Below are positions 30,161 through 38,454 of a DNA stretch of 64,000 nucleotides, one piece after another; position 1 is the stretch's first letter; each line of letters starts with the position of its first letter. Source of the DNA: Planctomycetota bacterium (GTDB taxonomy: Bacteria > Planctomycetota > GCA-002687715 > CAIWVZ01); NCBI GenBank assembly GCA_044222185.1, contig JBGANV010000001.1:512001-576000 (forward strand). Direction: 5' to 3'. A program made the translations under genes and the position numbers. The notes beneath the pieces are model-generated. The model made no database searches. It was not told where the DNA came from and saw only the letters and a list, made by a program, of their open reading frames with translations.

Positions 30161-31285
30161 ATGACGGCCACACGTGCAGCGATCCTGGTCCTTTCTCTTG
30201 CTTGCGCATTCCTGCTTGGCCGCGAGTTTGCCCGCCGTCCCGCAGGCGTCACGCCCTCTGCGACGTACCTGGACCACGTCGTTCAGGCCACTCAAGCGCG
30301 ACTGCCTGCATCCTCGCCGTCGTCGGATCAACCGATCGGGTTCGTGCGTGTGGCCGATCGGCTCCGCCCATCCGTCGTCTCGATCCAAGGTACGAACGCG
30401 AGCGGCGGTGGATCGAGCGGCACAGGGGTCGTGATCTCCGAAGACGGCGCCATCCTCACCAACAACCACGTGATCGACGGACTGGGGACGATCCGCGTGA
30501 CGCTGTCGTCGCAGGACGTCTACTCCGCCACCGTGGTCGGAGTCGACCTTCCGACCGACCTCGCCGTGATTCGCGTGGAAGGGTTGTCGGGGTTGCTTCC
30601 GGTCGAGTTCGGGGACTCGGACGACCTGCACGTCGCCGAGGACGTGCTCGCCATTGGAAACGCGTTCGGCTTCGGCTGGACGGTCACGCGCGGGATCGTG
30701 TCGAGCCTCCATCGAAGCGACATCAAGGTCCAGGAGGTCGATCGCAGGAACGTCTCGGCCCGCGTTCCTGCCCACTACACGGATTACATCCAGACCGACG
30801 CGGCCATCAACCCCGGCAACTCAGGTGGTCCGCTCGTGAGCGCGCGCGGTCAGGTGATCGGCATCAACACGGCCATCCTCTCGCGCTCGGCGGAGGGCAT
30901 CGGTTTCGCGATTCCCGCGAACGACGCCGTCTTCGTGGCGAAGGACCTGCTGAAGCGGGGATACGTGCGGCGTGGCTACCTCGGGATGAAGGGGCGCGAC
31001 CTCGCGGAGTTCACGGGCGACGAGCGCCGTCGCCTCGCGCCGGGTGCTTCATCCGGCTTCTGCATCACCGAAGTCGTTCCAAACACCCCGGCCGAGCGCG
31101 CCGGCCTTCACGTCAACGACGTCGTCGTCGCGATGGAAGGACGCCCGGTCGCGTCGTTCGAGATCCTCCGCAACCGCGTCGCGCGAATTCCGCCAGCGAC
31201 GGACGTGAGCCTCCGGATCGTTCGCGGCGGGCAGGAGCGCGAGGTTCGGGCGGTCGTCGGCGAGTTCGGCGGCGACAACTCGTAG
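30161..31285 (+). CDS. HtrA/DegQ-type serine protease with one PDZ domain
   Basis: GTG..ILTNNHV, DLAVI, IQTDAAINPGNSGGPL, GIGFAIP, RGYLG PDZ. Confidence 0.93.
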   Translation: MTATRAAILVLSLACAFLLGREFARRPAGVTPSATYLDHVVQATQARLPASSPSSDQPIGFVRVADRLRPSVVSIQGTNASGGGSSGTGVVISEDGAILTNNHVIDGLGTIRVTLSSQDVYSATVVGVDLPTDLAVIRVEGLSGLLPVEFGDSDDLHVAEDVLAIGNAFGFGWTVTRGIVSSLHRSDIKVQEVDRRNVSARVPAHYTDYIQTDAAINPGNSGGPLVSARGQVIGINTAILSRSAEGIGFAIPANDAVFVAKDLLKRGYVRRGYLGMKGRDLAEFTGDERRRLAPGASSGFCITEVVPNTPAERAGLHVNDVVVAMEGRPVASFEILRNRVARIPPATDVSLRIVRGGQEREVRAVVGEFGGDNS

Positions 31286-31306
31286 GACTGTCGCCGCTCG
31301 ATCGCG

Positions 31307-32359
31307 TCAGGGCGATCCCGAATCCAGCTGGTGGAGTCGGAGCTGGCCGCAGGCGGCTGCGATGTCGTGGCCCTTGCGCTTGCGCACCGTCACCTTGATT
31401 CCGCGGCGGCGAAGGGTCTCCGCGAATGCGTCGATCGCGGCGTCGGGCGGTCGGCGGAACGGCTGCTCTGGGACCTCGTTGTAGGGGATGAGGTTGAGCG
31501 TGCCGCGAACGTCCTTCAGCACGGACGCGAGCTCGTCGGCCTGTTGGCGCGCCGAGTTGATTCCGTCGAGGAGAACGTACTCGAACGTGACTTCGCGCCC
31601 CTTTTCCTCCAGGTAGCGGCGGGCCGCGAGGATCAGCTCGGAGATCTTCATCGCCGCGGGGAACGGGACGATCTTGGCGCGAAGATTGTCGTTCGGCGCG
31701 TGAAGGCTGAAGGCGAGCGTGTATTGGCGCTTCTCCTTCATGAACTCGTCGAGTCCCTTGCGGATGCCGATCGTCGAGACCGTGATGTGGCGCGCACCAA
31801 GCCCAGGTCCTGCGGGATCGTTCAGCGCCGCGAGCGCGTCGAGCAGGCTCCGGACGTTCATCATGGGTTCGCCCATCCCCATCACCACGACGTTGGTGAT
31901 TCGACGCCCCAGTTCGGCGGCGCGGGCGGCGAGGACGAGGTACTGCTCCAGGATCTCGCCCTTCGTCAGGTTCCTCTCGAGGCCGAACAGCCCGGATGCG
32001 CAGAAGGTGCATGCCACGGGGCATCCGACCTGCGTCGACAGGCAGATGGTCGAGCGGTCGTCCTCCATGATCAGAACGGCCTCGACGACCTGGTTCGGCC
32101 CGACCTCCAGGAGGATCTTCTCGGTCGTCGTGCCGTCGTCGGCGATCCGCCGCACGACGCGGGATTGACGCACGTCGAATTCGGCGCCGAGCGCGTCCCG
32201 AAACGCCTTCGGGAGGTTGCTCATCCTCTCCGTGTCGAGGATGCCCTTCTGCATGACCCACGACCAGAGCTGATCACCGCGGTACGCGGGCTGCCCCAGG
32301 CGCGCGGCCACGGCGCGGGCGTCGGATTGGGAGAGTTCGGTGAGACGGCGCGTAGACAT
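31307..32359 (-). CDS. rlmN: Dual-specificity RNA methyltransferase RlmN
   Basis: STQVGCPVACTFCASG, MGMGEP, SLHAP, NLIPYN, DIAAACGQL. Confidence 0.95.
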   Translation of the reverse strand: MSTRRLTELSQSDARAVAARLGQPAYRGDQLWSWVMQKGILDTERMSNLPKAFRDALGAEFDVRQSRVVRRIADDGTTTEKILLEVGPNQVVEAVLIMEDDRSTICLSTQVGCPVACTFCASGLFGLERNLTKGEILEQYLVLAARAAELGRRITNVVVMGMGEPMMNVRSLLDALAALNDPAGPGLGARHITVSTIGIRKGLDEFMKEKRQYTLAFSLHAPNDNLRAKIVPFPAAMKISELILAARRYLEEKGREVTFEYVLLDGINSARQQADELASVLKDVRGTLNLIPYNEVPEQPFRRPPDAAIDAFAETLRRRGIKVTVRKRKGHDIAAACGQLRLHQLDSGSP

Positions 32360-32409
32360 GGACGTGCACCATACGGCGGATGCGGGGCCGCCCAAGGCGC
32401 AGGGGAGGG

Positions 32410-33735
32410 TCAGGCGCTCGTCTTGCGATCGGACGGTGGCGCGTCCGCGTCGGTCGACCCGCCCGCTCGCTTCGACGTGCCCTTCTTCGGCCGGAGCGGT
32501 TTCGTCCCGCGGACGATGTCGCCCGTCACGACGAATTCCTTGCCGGCGCCGATTTCGGGCAGGTGGAAGACGGTGTCGCGCAGGATCCCTTCGATGATCG
32601 ACCGCAGCGCGCGAACGCCGGTCTTTCGCTTCAGTGCCTGTGCGGCGATTTCGTCCAGTGCTTCGTCAGTGAATCGCAGCGTTGCGCCCTCGATCTCGAA
32701 CATCCGTTGGTACTGGCGGGTGAGCGCGCTCTTGGGCTCGACCAGCACGCGCTTGAGGTCATTGGCGGCGAGAGGGTCGAGCACGGCGACGACGGGAAGC
32801 CGACCGAGAAACTCGGGGATCATCCCGAAATGGATGAGGTCTTCGGTCTCGACCTCGCGCATGAAGCTGATGTTCGGGCGGTCATCTGCGGTGTCCGCGC
32901 CGGGATGTGCCGACTCGAAGCCGATGCGCGATCGTCCGATGCGGCGTCCGATGATGTCCTCGAGGCCGACGAAGGTGCCACCGCAGATGAACAGGATGTT
33001 CGTCGTATCGACGGCGATGTACTGCTGTTCGGGGTGCTTCCGGCCGCCCTGCGGCGGGACGTTGGAGACGGTGCCCTCCAGCATCTTGAGCAGCGCCTGC
33101 TGCACGCCCTCGCCGGAGACGTCGCGAGTGATCGACACGTTCTGTTGCGTCCGGGCGATCTTGTCGATCTCGTCGATGAAGACGATGCCCTTCTGGGCGC
33201 GCGCGAGGTTGAAGTCGGCGTTCTGGAGGAGCTTCAGGAGCAAGTTCTCGACGTCCTCACCGACGTAGCCGGCCTCCGTGAGGGTCGTTGCGTCGCCGAT
33301 GGCGAAGGGGACGTCCAGAAGCTTCGCGAGCGTGCGTGCGAGAAGCGTCTTGCCGGAGCCCGTGGGACCGATGAGCAGGATGTTGCTCTTCTCGATCTCG
33401 ACTTCGTCGCGCTTCTCGCCACCCTGCGCGAGGCGCTGGTAATGGTGGTAGACGGCGACGGAGAGGACCTTCTTCGCCTCCTCCTGGCCGATGACGTACT
33501 GGCTCAAGTGATCGTAGATCTTGCGCGGACTCGGGACGGCGAGGCGTTCCGTCGGAGTCGAGTGCCCGCGCGCAAGGCCCTGCTTGCGATTCTCCTCGAC
33601 GAGGATCGTGTTGCAGATGTCGATGCACTCGTTGCAGATGTTGACGCCCGGCGGGCCAGCAACCAGGCTTTGCACCCGGTGCCGACCCTTCCCACAGAAC
33701 GTACAGGCTTCGTGGTTGCTACCGCGCGGGCTCAT
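32410..33735 (-). CDS. clpX: ATP-dependent Clp protease ATP-binding subunit
   Basis: CTFCGK..CNEC zinc finger, [35 protein letters not shown] loop. Confidence 0.97.
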   Translation of the reverse strand: MSPRGSNHEACTFCGKGRHRVQSLVAGPPGVNICNECIDICNTILVEENRKQGLARGHSTPTERLAVPSPRKIYDHLSQYVIGQEEAKKVLSVAVYHHYQRLAQGGEKRDEVEIEKSNILLIGPTGSGKTLLARTLAKLLDVPFAIGDATTLTEAGYVGEDVENLLLKLLQNADFNLARAQKGIVFIDEIDKIARTQQNVSITRDVSGEGVQQALLKMLEGTVSNVPPQGGRKHPEQQYIAVDTTNILFICGGTFVGLEDIIGRRIGRSRIGFESAHPGADTADDRPNISFMREVETEDLIHFGMIPEFLGRLPVVAVLDPLAANDLKRVLVEPKSALTRQYQRMFEIEGATLRFTDEALDEIAAQALKRKTGVRALRSIIEGILRDTVFHLPEIGAGKEFVVTGDIVRGTKPLRPKKGTSKRAGGSTDADAPPSDRKTSA

Positions 33736-33742
33736 CGATCGC

Positions 33743-34345
33743 TCACTTCTTGAGCGAGTCTACCACGTGGTCCACGAGTCCGAGCTCCTTCGCATCGGCC
33801 GCCGACATGAAGTGGTCGCGATCGGTGAGGCGCTCGATCTGCTCGTACGGCTTGTTGCAGTGCGTCGCGAGGATCTCGTTCAGGCGCTTCTTCAGGCGCA
33901 TGATCTCCTCGGCCTGGATGCTGATGTCCGACGCCGTGCCCTGAGCACCGCCCCAGGGCTGATGGATCATGATCCGAGCGTTGGACAGGGCGTATCGCTT
34001 GCCGGGCGACCCGGCGGACAGGAGGACAGCCCCCATGCTCGCCGCCTGGCCGATGCAGTAGGTCGCCACCGGGCACTTCACGAACTGCATCGTGTCGTAG
34101 ATCGCCAGACCGGCCGTGACGGACCCGCCGGGAGAGTTGATGTAGATGCTGATTTCGCGATTGACGTCCTTCGCGAGGAACAAGAGCTGCGCGACGACCG
34201 CGTTCGCGAAACCGTCATCGATTCCCGTCCCGATGAAGATGATCCGGTCCTCGAGGAGCCGGCTGTAGATGTCACACGACCGTTCCCCGCGACCGGTCTT
34301 CTCGATCACGAACGGGATGTAGTAGTTCGCCTTCTCCGTGCTCAT
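33743..34345 (-). CDS. clpP: ATP-dependent Clp protease proteolytic subunit
   Basis: [28 protein letters not shown]; GAGGAG RBS before ATG 34345. Confidence 0.97.
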   Translation of the reverse strand: MSTEKANYYIPFVIEKTGRGERSCDIYSRLLEDRIIFIGTGIDDGFANAVVAQLLFLAKDVNREISIYINSPGGSVTAGLAIYDTMQFVKCPVATYCIGQAASMGAVLLSAGSPGKRYALSNARIMIHQPWGGAQGTASDISIQAEEIMRLKKRLNEILATHCNKPYEQIERLTDRDHFMSAADAKELGLVDHVVDSLKK

Positions 34346-34355
34346 TCCGCTCTCC

Positions 34356-35711
34356 TCAAGCCGTAGCGCCCAGGGCTGCTCCGTCAGTGACGTCCGTGAT
34401 GGTGGCGTTCGCACGCAGCATGTCCAGCACCTTGCGCTCGATGATCTCGGCGCGAAGTTCCGGCATCAGGTGTCGTTCCTCGTAGTGCGTGCGGACATCC
34501 GTCGGCGTCACATCGTGCTGGCGGGCGATCCTTTCGATCTCTTTGGTGACATCGTCTTCGAGCGCGAAAATCTTCTCTTTTTTCGCAAGTCGTTCCACGA
34601 TCAACCACGCACGGGCGTCACGCTCGATGATCTTGCGGACCTCGGCCTTCTCCGCATCGACGTCCGCTTCGGCCTTGTTCCGGCTGTCGCCCCGGACCAT
34701 CCGCTCGGCCGTCCGCTGCCGCAGACGGCGCTCGAGCGCCCTGTCGATGGGGCCTTGAGCCATTTCGAACGGCGTCGCCTCGACGAGCTTGTTCAGGAGT
34801 CCTTGCTCGACCTCCGCATCGGCCGCCGCCTTGTGCGCCGCCTCGAGCGACTTGCGGACGTCGGCGCGAAGCGACGCAACGTCGTCCTTGTCGAATCCGC
34901 GCGCGAATTCGTCGTTCAGCTCGGGGAGTCGCGGACGTTTGATCTCGTTCACCGTGATCGTGAGCTCGACGTCCTTGTGTTCGTGACGGTGGTCGTGTGC
35001 GTCATGCTCCCCACCGTCGTCGTCGTCGTGCCCATGGTTGTGGATGAGCAGCTCCGCATCGACGGTGACGGAGTCGCCGGCCTTCTTTCCGGCGAGCGCG
35101 ACAGGGAGGCCCTCGATCGTGAAATCGGGGATCTCGGGCTCGTCGCCCCCGATGGGGACATCACGCATGGTGCGGATGCTCGCGCCGTCGGCCTTTGCTT
35201 CCAGGTTGACGAGCACGAAGTCGCCAGGCGCGTAGCCCTCGGACACCGGCTCGACCACCGCCTTCTTGCGGCGCAGATCCTCGATCACGCGATCGATGTC
35301 GGCGTCGCCGACTGCCTTCACCTTCCGCTCGATAGTCAGGCCCTTGAAAGCGGGCACGTCGAAGACCGGCTTCACCTCGACGGTGAACTGGAACGTGAAC
35401 GGTTTCGCGCTCTCGACTGGTGTGGGAGTCCCCGTGAACTCGGGCTCCGAGACCACGTCGAGCTTCTGCTCCGTGAGGGCCTCTCGGACCGACTTCTCGA
35501 CGAGTTCGCTCGTGACGTCGGCACGCACCTGGTCGCCGAACTTCCGCTCGACCATGGTCATCGGAGCCTTGCCGGGGCGGAAACCCGGGAAGACGACCTG
35601 CGTGCGGACCTTCTCGAACGCCGTGGCGAGCTCAGTGTCCACATCGGTCGAGGGAACTGTGACGCTCACCTCTTTCTTGCACGGTCCGATGTCGCGGGTC
35701 TGGATGTCCAT
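34356..35711 (-). CDS. tig: Trigger factor (with His-rich insertion)
   Basis: PGFRPGKAP ribosome-binding motif, LPELNDEFA, canonical tig-clpP-clpX order. Confidence 0.93.
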   Translation of the reverse strand: MDIQTRDIGPCKKEVSVTVPSTDVDTELATAFEKVRTQVVFPGFRPGKAPMTMVERKFGDQVRADVTSELVEKSVREALTEQKLDVVSEPEFTGTPTPVESAKPFTFQFTVEVKPVFDVPAFKGLTIERKVKAVGDADIDRVIEDLRRKKAVVEPVSEGYAPGDFVLVNLEAKADGASIRTMRDVPIGGDEPEIPDFTIEGLPVALAGKKAGDSVTVDAELLIHNHGHDDDDGGEHDAHDHRHEHKDVELTITVNEIKRPRLPELNDEFARGFDKDDVASLRADVRKSLEAAHKAAADAEVEQGLLNKLVEATPFEMAQGPIDRALERRLRQRTAERMVRGDSRNKAEADVDAEKAEVRKIIERDARAWLIVERLAKKEKIFALEDDVTKEIERIARQHDVTPTDVRTHYEERHLMPELRAEIIERKVLDMLRANATITDVTDGAALGATA

Positions 35712-35809
35712 GTGGCCTTCGGGGGCAATGAGTTTCGGTTACGTCCGATCAGCGCGCGCCGAACGGGAAAAAAAGGGTATGGCCGGCGTTCCGGCCGTTC
35801 AAGCCGCGA

Positions 35810-36475
35810 TCACGCGGACGGAGGTCCCAGCAGCGAATCCCGCCCGATCGTCTCGTCGTTCACGATCACGAGGTCGAGGCCAGTGACTCCGCCGAACCGT
35901 GCCCCGTGGAGGTTTGCGCCGGAGAAGTCGCACCGCGCGACGTTGCAGCCGGTGAAGTCGGTTCCGCTCAAATCCGCGGCGCAAAACGTGGCGTCCGACA
36001 CGTCGCAGCCTTTGAAGTTCGACCCCTGTGCATGAACGCCGTGGAAGAACGCATGTTTGAGGTTGGCACCTTCGAAGTTCGCCTTCTTCGCGTCGGAGCC
36101 TTCGAAGTTGGTGCGCTCGAGGCGGGCACCCCGGAAGTCGACCTCGTCCAGCTTGGACTCGGAGAAGTTCCCCTTGAAGAGGTCGGCCTCGCGGAGGTCC
36201 GCGCCACTCAGGTCGGCTTCGATGAAGACCGTCTCCGTGAGGTCGCAGCGACGGAGCACCGCGCGTTGAAGGTTCGAGCGCGACAGGTTGGCCTTCTTGA
36301 ACGAGACGTCGGAGAAGTCGCACTCCTGGAGAGGCACCCCCACGCCGCCGAAGTAATAAACGTCGTGGAGGACGTCCTCACGCCACTTCGCCTTCTCACC
36401 GTCCGTGATGTGGCGAAAGCAGGTCTGGGACCAGTAGACGGGCGGACGTGGACAATGCGTGCATGTGACGAGCAT
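35810..36475 (-). CDS. Pentapeptide repeat protein with N-terminal Cys/His cluster
   Basis: Long run of A(D/N)(L/F)xx repeats; N-terminal CTHC...CFRH. Confidence 0.88.
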   Translation of the reverse strand: MLVTCTHCPRPPVYWSQTCFRHITDGEKAKWREDVLHDVYYFGGVGVPLQECDFSDVSFKKANLSRSNLQRAVLRRCDLTETVFIEADLSGADLREADLFKGNFSESKLDEVDFRGARLERTNFEGSDAKKANFEGANLKHAFFHGVHAQGSNFKGCDVSDATFCAADLSGTDFTGCNVARCDFSGANLHGARFGGVTGLDLVIVNDETIGRDSLLGPPSA

Positions 36476-36644
36476 CAGAACCTCGCTCGAATCTATGGCC
36501 GCGGGGACGGTGCGACAAGCGACGAGGCGCGTTTGATAGACTCCCGCCTCGTCGCGGCGGCCAGCAGCTGCTGCACGGACCGACGCCGAGAACTGACCGA
36601 CCGCCCGTCAGGCGGACGCGTTCCCAAGATCGTGGGAGTTTCCG

Positions 36645-37964
36645 ATGACTCGTGAGTTCGCAGACCGCCGCAAGGCGCTGATGTGCAGGCTCGAGGGCGG
36701 GGCGGCGTTGTTCGCCGCAGCACCGGAAACGATTCGGAACAACGACGTCCACAACGAATATCGCCAGGACTCGGACCTGTGGTACCTGAGCGGTTTCGGG
36801 GAACCGGAGGCCGTCCTCCTCCTGCGGCCGGGAAAGGAGCCCGACGCCGTGATGTTCGTCCGACCGCGCGACCGGGCAAAGGAGGTGTGGAACGGCTTCC
36901 GTGCCGGGCCTGAGGGCGTCGTCGAGCGATTCGGCATTCCCAAGGCGCACCCACTCGAGGACATCGAGAAGGAGCTCCCCAAGTACCTCGAGGGATTCGG
37001 GCGTCTGTACTACCGCATGGGGCGCGATCATGCCTTCGACCGGCGGGTCCTCGGCTGGCTCGAACCCTTCCGCAGTCCGCGGTTGAAGCTCGGCGCCGGC
37101 CCCGTCGACATCATGGACCCGGCTGCGACCCTCCACGAGATGCGGCTGGTGAAGGCGCCGGAAGAATTGCGCGCGCTCCGCGAGGCCGGGCGGATCTCCG
37201 CCGAGGCACACACGGCCGCCATGCGGGTGTGCGCGCCGGGGATGCACGAGTACGAGTTGGAGGCGGTCGTGGAGTACGTGTTCCGCCGCAGCGGCTCGGC
37301 GCGACTCGGATACCCCTGCATCGTCGGCGCTGGCATCAACAGCACGATCCTGCACTACAACGACAACTGCGCACCGATCCGCGACGGCGAGCTCGTCCTG
37401 ATCGACGCCGGATGCGAGGTGGACTATTACACCGCCGACATCACCCGCACCTGGCCCGCAAACGGGAGGTTCACCAAGCCTCAACGTGCCGTCTACGAAG
37501 TCGTGCTCGAAGCGCAGCTGGCCGCGATCGAGTGCTGCCGGACCGGCCGCAGATTCGACGAGGTCCACGACGTCGCCACCCGATGCCTGGTCGAAGGGAT
37601 GGTCCGGCTCGGATTGTTGACCGGTAGCGTCGACACGCTCATCTCGGAGAGCAAGTACAAGCGTCTTTACATGCACCGGACCAGCCACTGGCTTGGGCTC
37701 GACGTACACGATGTCGGGCGCTACGCCACGGGCGATGGCGCGAGGATGCTCGAACCCGGCCAGGTTCTGACCGTCGAGCCCGGAATCTACGTCGCGCACG
37801 ATGATCAGGAGTCGCCGGCCGAGTATCGCGGCATCGGCGTCCGAATCGAGGACGACGTGCTCGTCACCGGCGCGAATCCGGAGGTCCTCACGGCGGGGGT
37901 TCCGAAGTCCGTCGCCGAACTCGAACGGGAGTGCTCTCGGCGGATCCCGCTCCCGACGTTCTGA
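36645..37964 (+). CDS. pepP: Xaa-Pro aminopeptidase
   Basis: YRQDSDLWYLSG, LHY, IDAG, ADITRTWP, HWLGLDVHD, TVEPG, GVRIEDD. Confidence 0.94.
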   Translation: MTREFADRRKALMCRLEGGAALFAAAPETIRNNDVHNEYRQDSDLWYLSGFGEPEAVLLLRPGKEPDAVMFVRPRDRAKEVWNGFRAGPEGVVERFGIPKAHPLEDIEKELPKYLEGFGRLYYRMGRDHAFDRRVLGWLEPFRSPRLKLGAGPVDIMDPAATLHEMRLVKAPEELRALREAGRISAEAHTAAMRVCAPGMHEYELEAVVEYVFRRSGSARLGYPCIVGAGINSTILHYNDNCAPIRDGELVLIDAGCEVDYYTADITRTWPANGRFTKPQRAVYEVVLEAQLAAIECCRTGRRFDEVHDVATRCLVEGMVRLGLLTGSVDTLISESKYKRLYMHRTSHWLGLDVHDVGRYATGDGARMLEPGQVLTVEPGIYVAHDDQESPAEYRGIGVRIEDDVLVTGANPEVLTAGVPKSVAELERECSRRIPLPTF

Positions 37965-37970
37965 CGTCGG

Positions 37971-38399
37971 TTACGAGGTCCAGGCCGCGTCGAGCCGGAC
38001 GCCCAGGTCCGTGACGCGCTCGACGATCTCGGTCCCGACTCGCTGCCAGGTCGCCTGATCGCGCCGGTAGGGATCGTCCACCGGCCAGGATTCGAAATGG
38101 CCATTCCAATCGGGCGGGACCGCGAACAACCCCGAAAGGTCGATGATCGCGTCGGCGGATGCGATGAGCGGCGCTGACGCCGGCTTGCTCTCGAGATCGT
38201 CGGCGGCATATCCCAGCGAGCGGAGGGTCGCGACGGTTTCGGCGGGGATTCGCCAGAGCGGCTGGATTCCTGCGCTTCGGGCCGCGATCCACTGGGGGAA
38301 GATCCGGCGCGCGACCGCCTCTGCCATGGGACTCCGGCAAGCGTTGCCGATGCAAATGAACAGAACGGTGCGGTGAGGATGGCTGGCGGGCGTCGACAT
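37971..38399 (-). CDS. Low-molecular-weight phosphatase family protein (LMW-PTP/ArsC-like)
   Basis: VLFICIGNACRSPMAE, SAG, WPVDDPY. Confidence 0.88.
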   Translation of the reverse strand: MSTPASHPHRTVLFICIGNACRSPMAEAVARRIFPQWIAARSAGIQPLWRIPAETVATLRSLGYAADDLESKPASAPLIASADAIIDLSGLFAVPPDWNGHFESWPVDDPYRRDQATWQRVGTEIVERVTDLGVRLDAAWTS

Positions 38400-38454
38400 C
38401 GTTTCCTATCGTACGCGGCGTCCGTCTCGGCGCTGCTGACCGGGGGCCTGCTAC

